Positions 51,646 to 64,000 of a stretch of 64,000 nt of DNA are shown here, one piece after another. The DNA lies in assembly GCA_002633005.1 (NCBI GenBank), contig NMRA01000549.1, forward strand, positions 121,123-185,122, in the 5' to 3' direction. The notes under the pieces are model-generated. The model had not been told where the DNA came from. It did no database searches and saw only the letters and a program-made list of their open reading frames with translations. A program made the translations under genes and the position numbers. The DNA is from Phoronis australis (taxonomy: Eukaryota; Animalia; Phoronida). Position 1 is the first letter of the stretch. Each line of letters begins with the position of its first letter.

Positions 51646-52311
51646 GAAAATTATGGTTCTATGATAATGATTATGTAAAATAGAATACGGATTCCAATGT
51701 GGTGAAAGGTTTGATTCTGTTTTTTCGGCAGCCTGAGCCGAATGAGATGCACTTTAAAATTGATCATAATATAGTTGACACTAGTTAGCATTCACATATT
51801 CTGGTAGCGACGTTTACAGAAGGCGAAATCTAGAGAAATAAACAGTTCCGTCATGCGTTACGTGTGGAGTAGCACGTCCGCCGCTAAGCAAAGGATAGCA
51901 ACTGTTCAACATATGGGCTGCGAATGAAAATATTCGGTATATTTCGTTGTAGCGTCTAATTTGAAAGCGACTACAAACCCAACTTCTGTCAAAAATAGCT
52001 CTTGATTTAAACCTTCACTACTTAGTGATAAAGCTGTTCTTAAACAGTTTCCTTAAGCAGATTACTGAACATATCCCTGGGCTTGGTAAAAACAAGCGCT
52101 GTTTGTTATTGGTTGAGAACGTGTTCAGTAATGCGGCTTGCTACTGATGATCATTTTATGCGCTCAAGATGGTCGCAAGAAATAAGGACTTGCCCAGAAA
52201 TCACTCAAGTCGTGTGTGTAAGACGAAAGTGACAGTAGTATTATAGCGGTGCGCAGTCTAAACCAAACGATAGTTTTGTTGACATGTGGTGGGTTTATAA
52301 CCACTTAAAGT

Positions 52312-52382
52312 CATGGGCGGCGCACCATAGGGGGCGGGGGGGGGCAAAGCCCCCCACTTTTTTCAGTGCTGCGCCGCCCATG
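52312..52382 (+). mobile_element. 71-bp mini-transposon with 5-bp TSD
   Basis: Perfect 13-bp TIR CATGGGCGGCGCA/TGCGCCGCCCATG; TSD AAAGT on both sides. Confidence 0.92.
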
Positions 52383-55300
52383 AAAGTGGATTATTTGCAA
52401 AGGAATTGCCATTAACTTGTAGGTTGTAGATAACGTAATGCTTTTTGTCAATCACGTGATCTTCTCCTTCACTTCTGTGTGACATACTTTGAACCTAAAT
52501 GCACACGTTTTTAAACCTTATTAACTGGTTAGACGAAGTTATGTTGAACCAAGCACTACCTTTCCCATAACCAATGCACAATTCGTAGTCGAAGAAAGTT
52601 TAAATAAACGCGCCACTTATGATTCCGACCCGAAGAACACACCGCCCTTTTGAACTAACCGCCAAACCGGAAGTATAATCCGTTCTAATCAGGAACTCAG
52701 GCTCAAGAACGCTGGCGGTGCGACTGCAGCAGTGTCTGTTATCAGCCTGCAAACCGGGATAAAATAATCAACAGCGTACCCTAACTTTGATAAAACCAAA
52801 CTAGGGACAATTTGTACTGAAATTGTTGACAAAATGTGACACATACATTTTGACAGAAATTATTTTGCCGGACTCGGAACGGCAGCCAACTTGGTCATGA
52901 TGACCCGGTGCAGATCGAGACCAGCACTGGCGAAAGGCGAAGGCATGCGGTTGCCGGTTGTTTTATTGGAATAAATGGTTCAAATCATAAAAGCCGTAAA
53001 CATAGTTGCAGACGCTTACGGACTAGTCACAGTCCTGTGAATAAAAAGGTCGACTATGGCAACTAGGCTAAGCGTGTTTCATGAAGGTGTAATTAACTCT
53101 GGTAAATAAACAGTATAAACATAACAACGTACATGCAATATTAAAACAACGGAATAAAATTGCTTTTCAGTTACAATTTCCTAATAATAAAAATTTGCGA
53201 AGATAAACTTAGCCAGGGAAACTAAGATACCGGTGGTCTCCCGCGACTTCCGTTACGGCCGACCGGGCGGTTGACGGCCAACAATGAACGACAGAATACT
53301 ATTTGGTGGTGAAATAACTTCAGAAAGAAAACTTGGCATGGTGCCAAATAGTATAACATAAGTATTAATGAGTTTAAAACAAAAGCAATAATTCCCACTC
53401 AACCAGAAGCATTCGTTTAAGTTAGTAACCGTCGGAGCCCGACCTCCTGGCCTGCGGACATTGTGCTCCGCGGCACAAGATGAACACAGTAAATAGCTGC
53501 CCGGGCCTTGAATGGGTGAAATTCGTGTGACAAAGAGATTACGTCACGCTCCTAACTCTGCAATATTTTCCCATTGCCGACAATCAGCTCATTGACTGAA
53601 ATTCATTAGACTCCNCGTTTTTGCGTTTTCAACAGCGGAATTGATTTAGACAACAGAGGTATTTATTGTAAGTTTTCATCACGTTTTAAGATGTATTTTC
53701 CATAATAATTGAAAATCAAAGCCAATTTACCAAGTGATTATTTTTTCGGCAGAGTCACGGCATCTGCAGGGGAATTGCGCATTATTGCAATTGAGGTGTG
53801 GAGCTCACTATTTTGAGAGAAAACTTGTTGAAACAACGAAGTATTTCTGCTATTCTGACGTGAAAAAGTTTGATAAACTGGACAAATGCCCGTGGATGTG
53901 TGAGGTGAATTTCTTCGCCTTCCCGACATCAATGGGCCTGATTTCCAAAACCAGGTGTAATCCGGGATGGCCCTATTCGATGTTTTCGTTTCATGTTTTC
54001 AGATACAAAATCATAAAAGTCCTATTTTTATAGCCTCTCATTCAAACGTGTAACTCTTTAAGAACAATTCCCAACATCGTTTAGGGAATAGAGCATAAAT
54101 CACAAAAACTGAAAGTAAAGTTAGTTTCATGTGAATAGGATCAACCATTTTTGAGATATGGTGTTCCGAAGTTAGCCAAATTTGTGCATTCATTTTCTAG
54201 GGTCATATCCTAAAATAGACATTCACTTTAACAAATTCACAGTGGCAGTGTCTTTCTATGCCCGCTCACCGTGTTTGTTACATGTATGTCAGAAAATTAC
54301 TGAACTTGCCAGCACTGATGGAGAACTAATTATTAAACTAAGCTCTTACAATTCATTCTAATGAAAAGTAACGAAACAAGTTTTCAGAAGGGATACGCGT
54401 TGGCAACGATTCTGCATCAGAGAGCACTTTCTGAGACCAGTTCTGGTTAAACAAAATTATTGATAAAATTTGAAAATACGTTTTATTTGTTTTCAGCTTC
54501 CATTGACAAAATTTTACCATGTCATTTTTTAATACTAGACGTATTTTTTCCAGGATTACTGCTTTCAGAAATGATTTGTGAACATCAGGCACGGGTATCA
54601 TTCACGCACCGAGGAAAAAATTGTGAACACGTATTCTACTGTAGTTGCGATTAATTTCTATGAGAAACCCTATATACTAATAATAATCTGTGTAGCTGAA
54701 GCATACGCTTTGAACAAATTTTTTTCTCAGTAGTTAAGTTTCGAGTTTGAAGATTTCCATCCCGACTTCAAATCGTTTGGCAGTCCGAGTACGTCGTTGA
54801 TTCGACATCTTCGTTCTTAAAGTGGAGGAGTGGTATTTGTATTCCGTTCAAAACAGATAATTATATGGATGAGGCCAAAGTCTGGTGCGAGGCATACATG
54901 TAAGTGTAGGGCAATGTTAAGTGTTATTGGTGTACAGCTGGTGTTGAATAAACAACTGCTTATTCATATATATATATATTGCTACCAGCTGTGCACTCTA
55001 ATCCTCTACTGCAAATCACGAGTATAGTTGTTACGTTATGATACTGGTTTAGACCTCATCTATACCGTTTCCAATTAATTAGACGCGATTTGTCGTTACT
55101 CCAGTCGATCGACGGTGGAGCCGTCTAAAACTTAACTACTGTACCATTTACATCACATATACGCCTCCAATCCTTTGTAAGAGTGGCAGATAAAGGCTTA
55201 TTTAATCAACGACATCTCAAAATCGCTTATACCGCGAATACATTTTTAAAGCACGAGATAAATGCTCACTTAAGATTAAGCGAACATGAAATTAAGCCGA

Positions 55301-58300
55301 TCCTATTTTGACACAAATATGATATCTATAGACAAACACACTTCAGGGATGAAACCTACTCCTATAGGAAAAAATCTTACCTGTGACGCAAAACAGTCGT
55401 AATCCACAAAAGAACGCTTCAACAGCCTATTGCTGAGTGAGAGATTATTTTCCTGTAACCTGCCTCAGATCAAGTTACGATCCGGAAAACAACCTACATG
55501 AAGTTTGAACTGGCCGCTCGTCAGATCAACACTCTCTTCTGATGATGAGCAAAAAAGTTTGCGGTTAGCCTTTTAATTAAAAAACGTTCTGTCGGAGTTT
55601 AAAAATAGAATTGCCCCTTCTTGCTAAAGGAAGTTTCGGGTAATCCATCGGAACTATTTAATAAACGTAACTTCTAGTTTTCTAGTAGCAATGTACAATA
55701 GACCAGGCTGCAGGGTAAATGCATTTTGGAATCTTACTGAAATTGTCCTTTGAATATTTACTCCGATAAACAGAGAATCAAGTCCCGACACCGCTGTTCG
55801 AAAATTCTTAGCGAGTGGAATCAATAAAATCTTCGACGGCACTTACATGTACGCCGCTTGAGCAATATACCTTTATATAATGCTTTCAGTAATCTTCAAA
55901 AGAGCTTCTCTCACTCTTTTTACTGTGTGAATGTGAGTGACGATGATGTTTAATCTTTTTAAAATCGTTAGGCCAGTTAAAGTCTTGTTTTCCCTGCCCC
56001 GCTCTGAGAGCGATTGTTATCATCTTACAACTCTTCTTCGCGACAGGAAATTATCAGTTGCTCGGCGGTGTCGACCGCTGATTGAATCCGATTTCAACTT
56101 AGCCTAGAAACCTTAGATATTTCTGTCTGTTTAAATCATCTTGTTGGTTATTGCTCAAGGCCATAGATTCAAGTACTTTATTAACCTATTAACCCAACAT
56201 AGAAGGCATGGACGTGGCAACTACTGTTAACCTTATCAAAAATGAGCAGTCCTTGTTAATTGCTATTATTTTGGATCGGACAGGCCTTGGCTCCATTCTT
56301 GTCATCCTGTGTTTTGTCAGGGAACAACTTCGCTTTCTCTGGGTGGCTGGACACATCTTCATGAATTTAACATCCGAAAAGCCACCGCATTTCAAGTTGC
56401 ACATTTTTTAAAAAGCAGACCTTTATAACCTCTTAATATAACATTATTTAGCAAGAGGTGGCGCTGCATGATGCTTCTTTAGCCAGAGACAAGCTCAGGA
56501 ACTCAGAAGGAGCAGAACTATATTAAATTGGCTGCCTCCATACGTGAAGTGCTTTGGGTGAATACTACATACATTTTCAAACATTTTAATTTAAAAATTC
56601 TTCTGGGCCTGGGGTCTAACCTCTGCCCCAGAAATCGAACTCAAAAATAATAATGACGTTTTTCGAGCTACTTTAGTGTGCGAACTGTTCGAGATTAGTG
56701 TATAGTATTCTGTGCTCGAGTACACACTGGTTTACTTGGATGACTTTGCACTTGATAGTCCGAGCAATGAAGCTATAATTTCTAGTCTGAACTCTAAATC
56801 TCGTGTATTTACTCGAGTTTGTATCACGAAAAGAGGGTTATAACACCGGCGTTCGATTTTACAGTCCAGTCAGCTGGTTTTGAAGTCCTGGCAAGTGGTT
56901 TTGAAGTCTGACTAATTGTTGATTCCTCCCTTGTAAAAGAAATCAAGTAAATGTTAAATGCTGGGATTTTTTAGTGTTCATAAAACCATGTTCATAATCA
57001 TACTGAATGGTAAAAAATGAATTTTATACTGAGATAATCTTCTGCTTTCCAGTTCTGTTGATATCCATTACAAACAATGCGAGCTTCACCAAATATCTTT
57101 TTTTAAAGTTTAAACTTATGTGTTCGTGCAGTGGTTTTCACAGCAGTGATTTTCTGTCACTTACATGTAAGGATGTGATAAACATTCTACCTCTAAATGG
57201 TCGCCACTAAATTGACTTGATGACAAATGTATGTATACCTATACATACATATATGTATTTTTGTAATTCTTTTTTTAAATTGCGCACACTTTAGATTGTT
57301 TCCGTAATCAAAATATTTTCCCTCAATATTTTCATTATCATCAATGACACTTTAAACCGCTTGACACACCGTTATATTTTGTCTACTTTTGAAGCATGCT
57401 CAGTTTAACAAAATCTATAAAAAGTTAGATTTAATCTTTTAGAACATCCATGCTGACGTTTTTAGAGACTATTGGTGAACAAATTGTGCAATATACAAAA
57501 TGACCAAACTTGCAAAATATTTTCATTAACATAGCAAAAATTCATTTTAAGCTCAGTTTTGAAATCAAATGTAATATGTTCTTTTTTATACAAAAAATGT
57601 TTGGTAAGTTTTATTTTGGCTCCATTGTGATATGTCCAGGTACCTATATTTTCAGAACCCATGAAACCCCAATCGGTGTTCCCTTCTCCCAATGTTCCCA
57701 GGTAGGTTACAGCTGTTCTCTTTGCCCACTGTTTCCGTCTTTCACCCATCCAGACATTCTCCTGGTTCAAAATCCATGGTCCCTGATGTTCAACCTTTCC
57801 GATGTCTCACGGGATCAGTGATAACTGGTCCCGTTACTATTTGGGTGTCATTTTAAGTTTCCTTTATACCTTGCAGTCAGAAGTATTTTATTAGTCGTCT
57901 ATTAATCCGATATTAAAACTTTCACGTTTGCCAATGAACGTGTATTCTGGCTAAATGTTTTTCGTGTTTTTAAACAAAAGCATCTACCCCCCCCCCAGGA
58001 GTAATTGGTATATGGTGGATGTTATGCAGTTACTGACTTTTATACCGAAGTCAATACGTTTTCAGACCCCAAAATGTGATGAAAACCAATGTCATACAAC
58101 AATCAAATTTATCCAGCGGATAAGTTTTAAGTTTTATGCAACTCAGTACTTGGCCACACAATCAAAACTTTCCTACCATCATATCATCTCTCAGCAGAAA
58201 ATAAAATTCAGTAATTTATTACGAAATTCGTGGAACAGTCGAAATCAGTATGCATCGCATTGAAGACCTTGAGGAGTCTTTTGAGTTATTTTATTTGTTG

Positions 58301-60411
58301 CCGAATGTCTGAGTGATTTCTAGCAATACAGTGTATGTCAGTATAATGACAGCAGAGTTTGAAAACGACTGGAGACACGCAATCAAATATAACTTAGGCC
58401 CCTCAAAGTTAAGGACCGATATAGCCACACTGAGTTCTACTAACGCTCGTCAGAAAGGAATCTCAAACCACTTGACAGATGTCTGATCAAATACTGGATA
58501 ATAGTAGTGCGCCGAACTAATATACGCAATAGTAACGATCACATGGGCATGTTCACAAGATGAGAAGAGACGATGCGGATGCTCCGTGCACTCAGTCCAT
58601 CACTGAATGTGACCAGGTGCATTACTAATTATAACAAAAGCGCGTGCTCTCACATTTTCCACAGTTGCACCCCCGACCACGGACTTGCCCTTTTACTCAC
58701 ATTGCGTCCGCTCTGCGTACATTAGCGCATCTCACCGGCCGCAAAACCCAAATTGTGACAGTAATTGCTCCTTGAACACATTCAATCAATGCCAACACAG
58801 GGGAATTAATTCAGAAGTTATCAAGCACATAAGTATCATCATTATTAAATTTCCCAAAAGGGAGATCAAGTCGGTTATGGCACGCTAGCCCGGATTTTTG
58901 CCTTCAAAGGCAGATGGGGATTTAAGTACGATAAATCGGCCCAGAGGACTATTCATGATAACGTCATGTTTTTAATTGTGCGATTAGATTGAGCACTATA
59001 GATGTGAGTTAATAATTACGATACAAAGTAGAAATTTAGCGTCGCTGTTCATTTGTCTTGTTAGATTCAAGTGGTTAGTTAGTTATTTCGTCATTTATTC
59101 ACCCATTCTCTTACATTCTTCTCTGTAAGCATGAATTTGCTTGTATCAATTTATTATTTGTTAATTGCATTTTTGTAAATACGCCAGTCGGCGATCCCTA
59201 GGCATGATTATTTTATGCGACTCAATGTGTTTGGTTCGTGAGTGACGTCAACGGCATCCAAATTTGACTCGCTTTGAGCAGGGCTACAGAGTCCAGACAG
59301 CATAAACTAAGGTAACAGGTATTCTCAAAATAGTAACAAGTTAAAATGTAAATTAAAAAGCAAACGAACATGCAGCTCTGGCCTATCTGTGACCCAGATT
59401 ACCCTAATTATATAGGTCGCTCAAGAAATTTCGAAATACAAGAAAGATACTATTATGAAATTAATTAACAGTGAGACCTTCAGTAAAAAATAATCATTTA
59501 TAAACAAGACCAATTTACTTAACTGCACTGTTATCCATAAAAAAGGAACTTCTACTTTGTGAGTAACTTATTTACCACAGGAAAACCTATTCGTGGTGAG
59601 TAGGACACCGGTATAGTATTTGCCATTTGACTTGGGTAATGATTTTGGTAACAGGTAAAAGCACAGCTGCCATTCAGCTGCACAGGCGCATTGTTTGCAT
59701 TGTGTCGCTAGCTCACAATGTCGCACTTCCGGTACACTTCCGGTACAGTTCCGGATGAAAGACTCGCTCATTTTTTTGTATCGCTTTTCACCGATTTGGA
59801 CTAAAAATGTCAAGTTAACTTTCACAAAGTTAAACGCAACAAAACGGACCAAAATGCTTTCGTTAGGAAACAACACGCACCGTAATACGTCTGGATTCTC
59901 AACACTCACAAACATCCAGAATTAGGCTATACTTGAATAGATTGCGTATAGATTCTCAGTGCCAACGTAAAAAGTGGATCAAACACAATACACATAGCTT
60001 AACATAACCGCTAGTGAATCCAAGAAAGAGTAAGTGAAAAATTTAAGATCGTAGAGACAGTATTTAGTTTACAGACGATCAGCTTTTCCGGCGTATCTTT
60101 AACCCTTCACAGTGGGTATTTGCGGAATATTATCTGCTGATTTCAGACAGAGCTTACTAAGCTGTGGCCGTGTACTCGTGCATGAATGAGAGCATACTCG
60201 ACACGGTTGGTTTGTCAAAATCAGTCATCCCTTTTACGCTATCCCAAGGCGATAATAAACGGTTGTTTGTGTTGATAACGGAATCCGATGCTGAGAGTTT
60301 CAAAGTCTAGTGAGGCCTTATACCCGGAGCATCAGACTGTCGTGGTTACTAACTTGAAAAATTTTGTCATTTTAAAAAAACTGTTGAAAAGGTTTAGGAG
60401 AATATATTCAG

Positions 60412-60490
60412 TTGAAAAGGCTCAAAAATGCGTATTGAAAAGGCACAGAAATGCGTATTGAAAAGGCCCAGAAATGCGCACTGAAAAAGT
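60412..60490 (+). repeat. 23-bp tandem repeat x ~3.5
   Basis: TTGAAAAGGCNCARAAATGCGYA units. Confidence 0.9.
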
Positions 60491-61323
60491 TCAATTAGTC
60501 TGCCAGCTTTTGGTGAACTTGTTTTGTCAAGTGCGTTCTCACTGCCTTTTGAGCACTAAAAAAACTGGCGGTTTATGTCCACGCCCTTAATAAAAAATTA
60601 ACAACTGATGTTTCATCATGCAACGTAAATCCAAAGGTTTTGCGCTCGTAATGAGTTCAGACACATATGCAATATCAACATGTAAAGGCTTGCACCCGAG
60701 TGTTACTCAGTTATTTTGTCATGTAATCTTTTAAGAAGGATGAGCGATTGTCTCTAACACATGTAAATCCGCGAACCGTAAAATGCGCCAAAAATATGTT
60801 AGTTATGTGCTCCATATCGGTTTCACATCAAACAGCTCGCAGACCCCGACCACGTCATTCAGGTGTATGCGCGGACGCTATAGAGATACACAACAACAGG
60901 TGTTAATTATCCACAGTTTGATCTGAACAACATCCATAATTAAAAACTGGCATTGAGGTTACGAGAAATCAGCTCGACTCTTCACTGGGCTTACGGGCGT
61001 AGCTAGAAGCGGGAGATAGTGACGTTGCCGCCCCTTCCCAAGACCGTCGCGAACTTGTCCCCTAACCCCCACATAAACAATTTTGTGCCAGTCCTTCAAG
61101 CCGTTTATGCCCTCTGGCCACATAATTTCAACTTTTTGCCACGCCCGTCATTTGTGCGTACCAACGGTCAGTCCTAGTTTTGCGCCGCTATCCATAAGGT
61201 TGTGCATCCTTACAGGATCTGCCTAGCCCAAGCGCAGAAACCTCTCGGGGAAATGGGGGTATCGCCTGACCCCCTTCCACAAGAAAAAAACTTGTGAAGC
61301 CGTATCCGTTGGCTAAACCTAAG

Positions 61324-61391
61324 CATGGGCGGCGCACCATAGGGGGCTGGGGTGCTATAGCCCCCACTTTTTCAGTGCTGCGCCGCCCATG
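61324..61391 (+). mobile_element. 68-bp mini-transposon with 5-bp TSD
   Basis: Same 13-bp TIR as 52312-52382; TSD CTAAG on both sides. Confidence 0.92.
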
Positions 61392-63638
61392 CTAAGGCGA
61401 TCTGGTGTCTAAGTCAGGCGTCGAGCGGTCAGCACTCACATTTTCTTGGCCCCAGTTGAAGAAAAAAAAACTTTAGACGACACTATCCACATTCACCAGA
61501 CAAAGATAGAAAATTCTTGGAATAACATTTCAGAATGTTACATAATAGATCAAACAAATTTTGTTCTCACACAAGGCGTTTTTAGAGCATTGCTGCGTTT
61601 TGTACGCTCTCGGTGAAGCAAAATAAACAGCTCCACACCCCTTCTAATGCATGTGCAAAATGGACAAGTTATTGGCTAACCAGCATCAATAAATTTTCGG
61701 TCAAGCTGAGTGCGACCTTGGCATGAGCTTGTCAGGATCAGTATCACTTAATATGAGACTAAACGTCGTCCTGGTACATTAATAGTTTTTGGCCATATGA
61801 AATGACAACTGTTCACCATTATACTCGTGTATGTACCTATACAATGTCAGACATTCGCGGCTTCACACAGCTTTTTAAATTGCGAAACTGAGCCAAACAA
61901 CTATCTAGTCAACGCAGTAAGTTTCCAAATAAGAAATTGAAAGCAGTCAGCCAACTGACAATATTTTAGATTGCACGAAATCGACCGTGTGCTGGCACCG
62001 GCCGGAACTAGGCTATGTCAGAGGTGATCAGGGCTGCGTGAAAAGACACTCGGAAAAAGCAACATCACGCAAGTCTTCGCGAGATATCGCCATGTATTTT
62101 AAGTACAGTATGGGATCAAACCAGTTTTACTCAAGAGTGTTTTACAGGATACATACAAACACCATCATCGTCAACAAGTAAACTTACAGACAGTTATTTT
62201 CTCAATGGAATCACGTGATGCACCTAATTAGAATAAACATGGAAATCAATGAGATTACCCGTTCAGAAAATCTATATATCTTATCACACACGTGATCCAA
62301 TATAGCAATGAAAGAAAGGTCATGGAACTTTAGTAGGAAGCGAGGGTGTAACGAAATGGAATGGTCGTTCACAACTGGGTTCTGTCACATCTGAAACACT
62401 CATTCCGGCCTATTCCACCGTGGGCTACACTTAATGGCGAAACAAAAACTAATTATCTGCTGTTATTTTCTTGGTGTGTTTTTGTGTAATTCGCGATGAA
62501 AAGTAAATATTTTCATGAAGGTCATTTTACAAAATTTGAGAATCGTTTGGCTTGAGTTGCTAGCAAAACATTTTCCAAACTCTAACACAAATTCCAGACT
62601 GCCCCGGCCCGAGTAATAATTTCTTGAAATAGTTGGCGACAATCATGAACAGAGTAAAATTATTAAGTCTAACTAAAATTTGCAAATTAGCTCATCTTAC
62701 TTGAACGAAAGACAAATGACCATTAACTAATAGTATGTTTATCTGTTGCAACTTGTAACTATTTGTGGAATGTCAGAGAATGACGTTTTCACCAGATGTC
62801 GCTGACAGTTGTGCAGAAATTACACTGAAATCCTGGTGTGACAAAGAACGTATCTGTGTAACGTTTCTTTGATATCAGCTTTAGGGAAATGAAATACCGA
62901 TTTTCTTAAAAACAAATAAAAAAATTGGCGAGAGCTTTATTATACGTATAACAAACAATTAATGCGTTAAGAGCACTTTTTACCGTGACAATTTTACCTC
63001 ATTCCGACTAACTTCTCTAGCGCACTTTCCCCCATTGAATATAAATATGTCCAAAAATATTAACAAAACCATTTGAAATGTGGTTACCAGAAAATAATGT
63101 AACATATAACTAATGATATTATAATTATTTGTCTTAATTTTTGTTCGTGGCCCTCCAGGGTTTCTTTTACAAGGCACGGAAGTTAGGAAACGTGTGGCTG
63201 ACAATGGACTGTTATAGGCAGAGAAGCGGCGAATGGTTTTTTCCGAACATCTGACTTTCTTACAAACTGCGCATGCTTCACAGAATGAATACTTGTCGTT
63301 TAAATACTACGTCTTGTATTCAAATCCAACACAGCTTCCATTAAAAAAAGCGTTGAAACAATTCTGTTATTGTTCTAATTCTTGGTTAAATAAGCTTTCA
63401 TGTCAGTGCTGGAGTTGCACAACTATTTGTATTTGAAATCAAAACTCGAAAATATTTCTTGTCTGCGCTATTTGTCAACTGTGGCACTTTTGGTTACTTG
63501 TACGCATTGCAAAGCAATTTTTGGGATTCCCGGAAAAAGAAAATAACCATTACTGAGTTCCCACTAAAACCAAGTCCTGGTATTCTTATTTTGTGAACAT
63601 TTTGGGTCTTCATTTACTATTCAGAAAAGAACATTAGA

Positions 63639-63640
63639 TG

Positions 63641-63684
<44 letters not shown>

Positions 63685-63722
63685 TGTTTGCGCTCGCTCG
63701 CTCGTTTGTGTGTGTATGTGCG
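63639..63722. repeat. (GTGC)n microsatellite with GCTC/GT tail
   Basis: Directly visible. Confidence 0.97.
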
Positions 63723-64000
63723 TCTCTGAGTATGAATGTTAATACGACAACATTATGTGTGTCTGCAGAAGTTTCACTGTATCCAGCACATCTGTACACT
63801 TGAAAGTTTTTTCTTACAACCTACAGTGTATATCCAAAGATTAAATACTCTTTAATATGTTGTTCCCTGGGCGGTATTTAATATATGCTATATCCCTACT
63901 ACACAATTTTACAAATTGAAAATAATGAACAGGGAACAACATCATACTAATGAAACTAAAAGTCAGATGTTTGTCTATCCAAATCTCAACGCTGCCGCTG

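Noticed and set aside
53615-53615. Single ambiguous base N
   Set aside because: An assembly ambiguity with no biological meaning.

Overview
This is AT-rich eukaryotic DNA, most likely from an invertebrate bilaterian (the taxon cannot be fixed from the sequence). The only convincing host gene is a large minus-strand coding exon (111-2260) of a Gq-type (M1/M3/M5-like, invertebrate A-type) muscarinic acetylcholine receptor. It covers TM1-TM6 and splices out in TM7 to an exon beyond the left edge of the window. The other ~62 kb has no recognisable host CDS and reads as the receptor's 5' intron or upstream region, full of non-autonomous DNA transposons and microsatellites. The most notable element is a 3.2-kb TTAA-flanked Kolobok-type transposon (41206-44381). 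It carries convergent decayed THAP and KolX/P2X7-C-terminal-like genes, lacks its transposase core, and sits inside a hAT-like element (40692-45489). Other points of interest: a 13-bp tandem array of CTCF-like motifs, tiny 57-71 bp elements with 5-bp TSDs, an inverted pair of ~0.8-kb repeats with a long hairpin, two uORFs at the receptor start (one may be a 1-nt assembly frameshift) and a divergent receptor vestibule. I found no evidence of a wholly new multi-gene system. All family assignments come from visual motif recognition, not database searches, and TE boundaries without clean TSDs are approximate.
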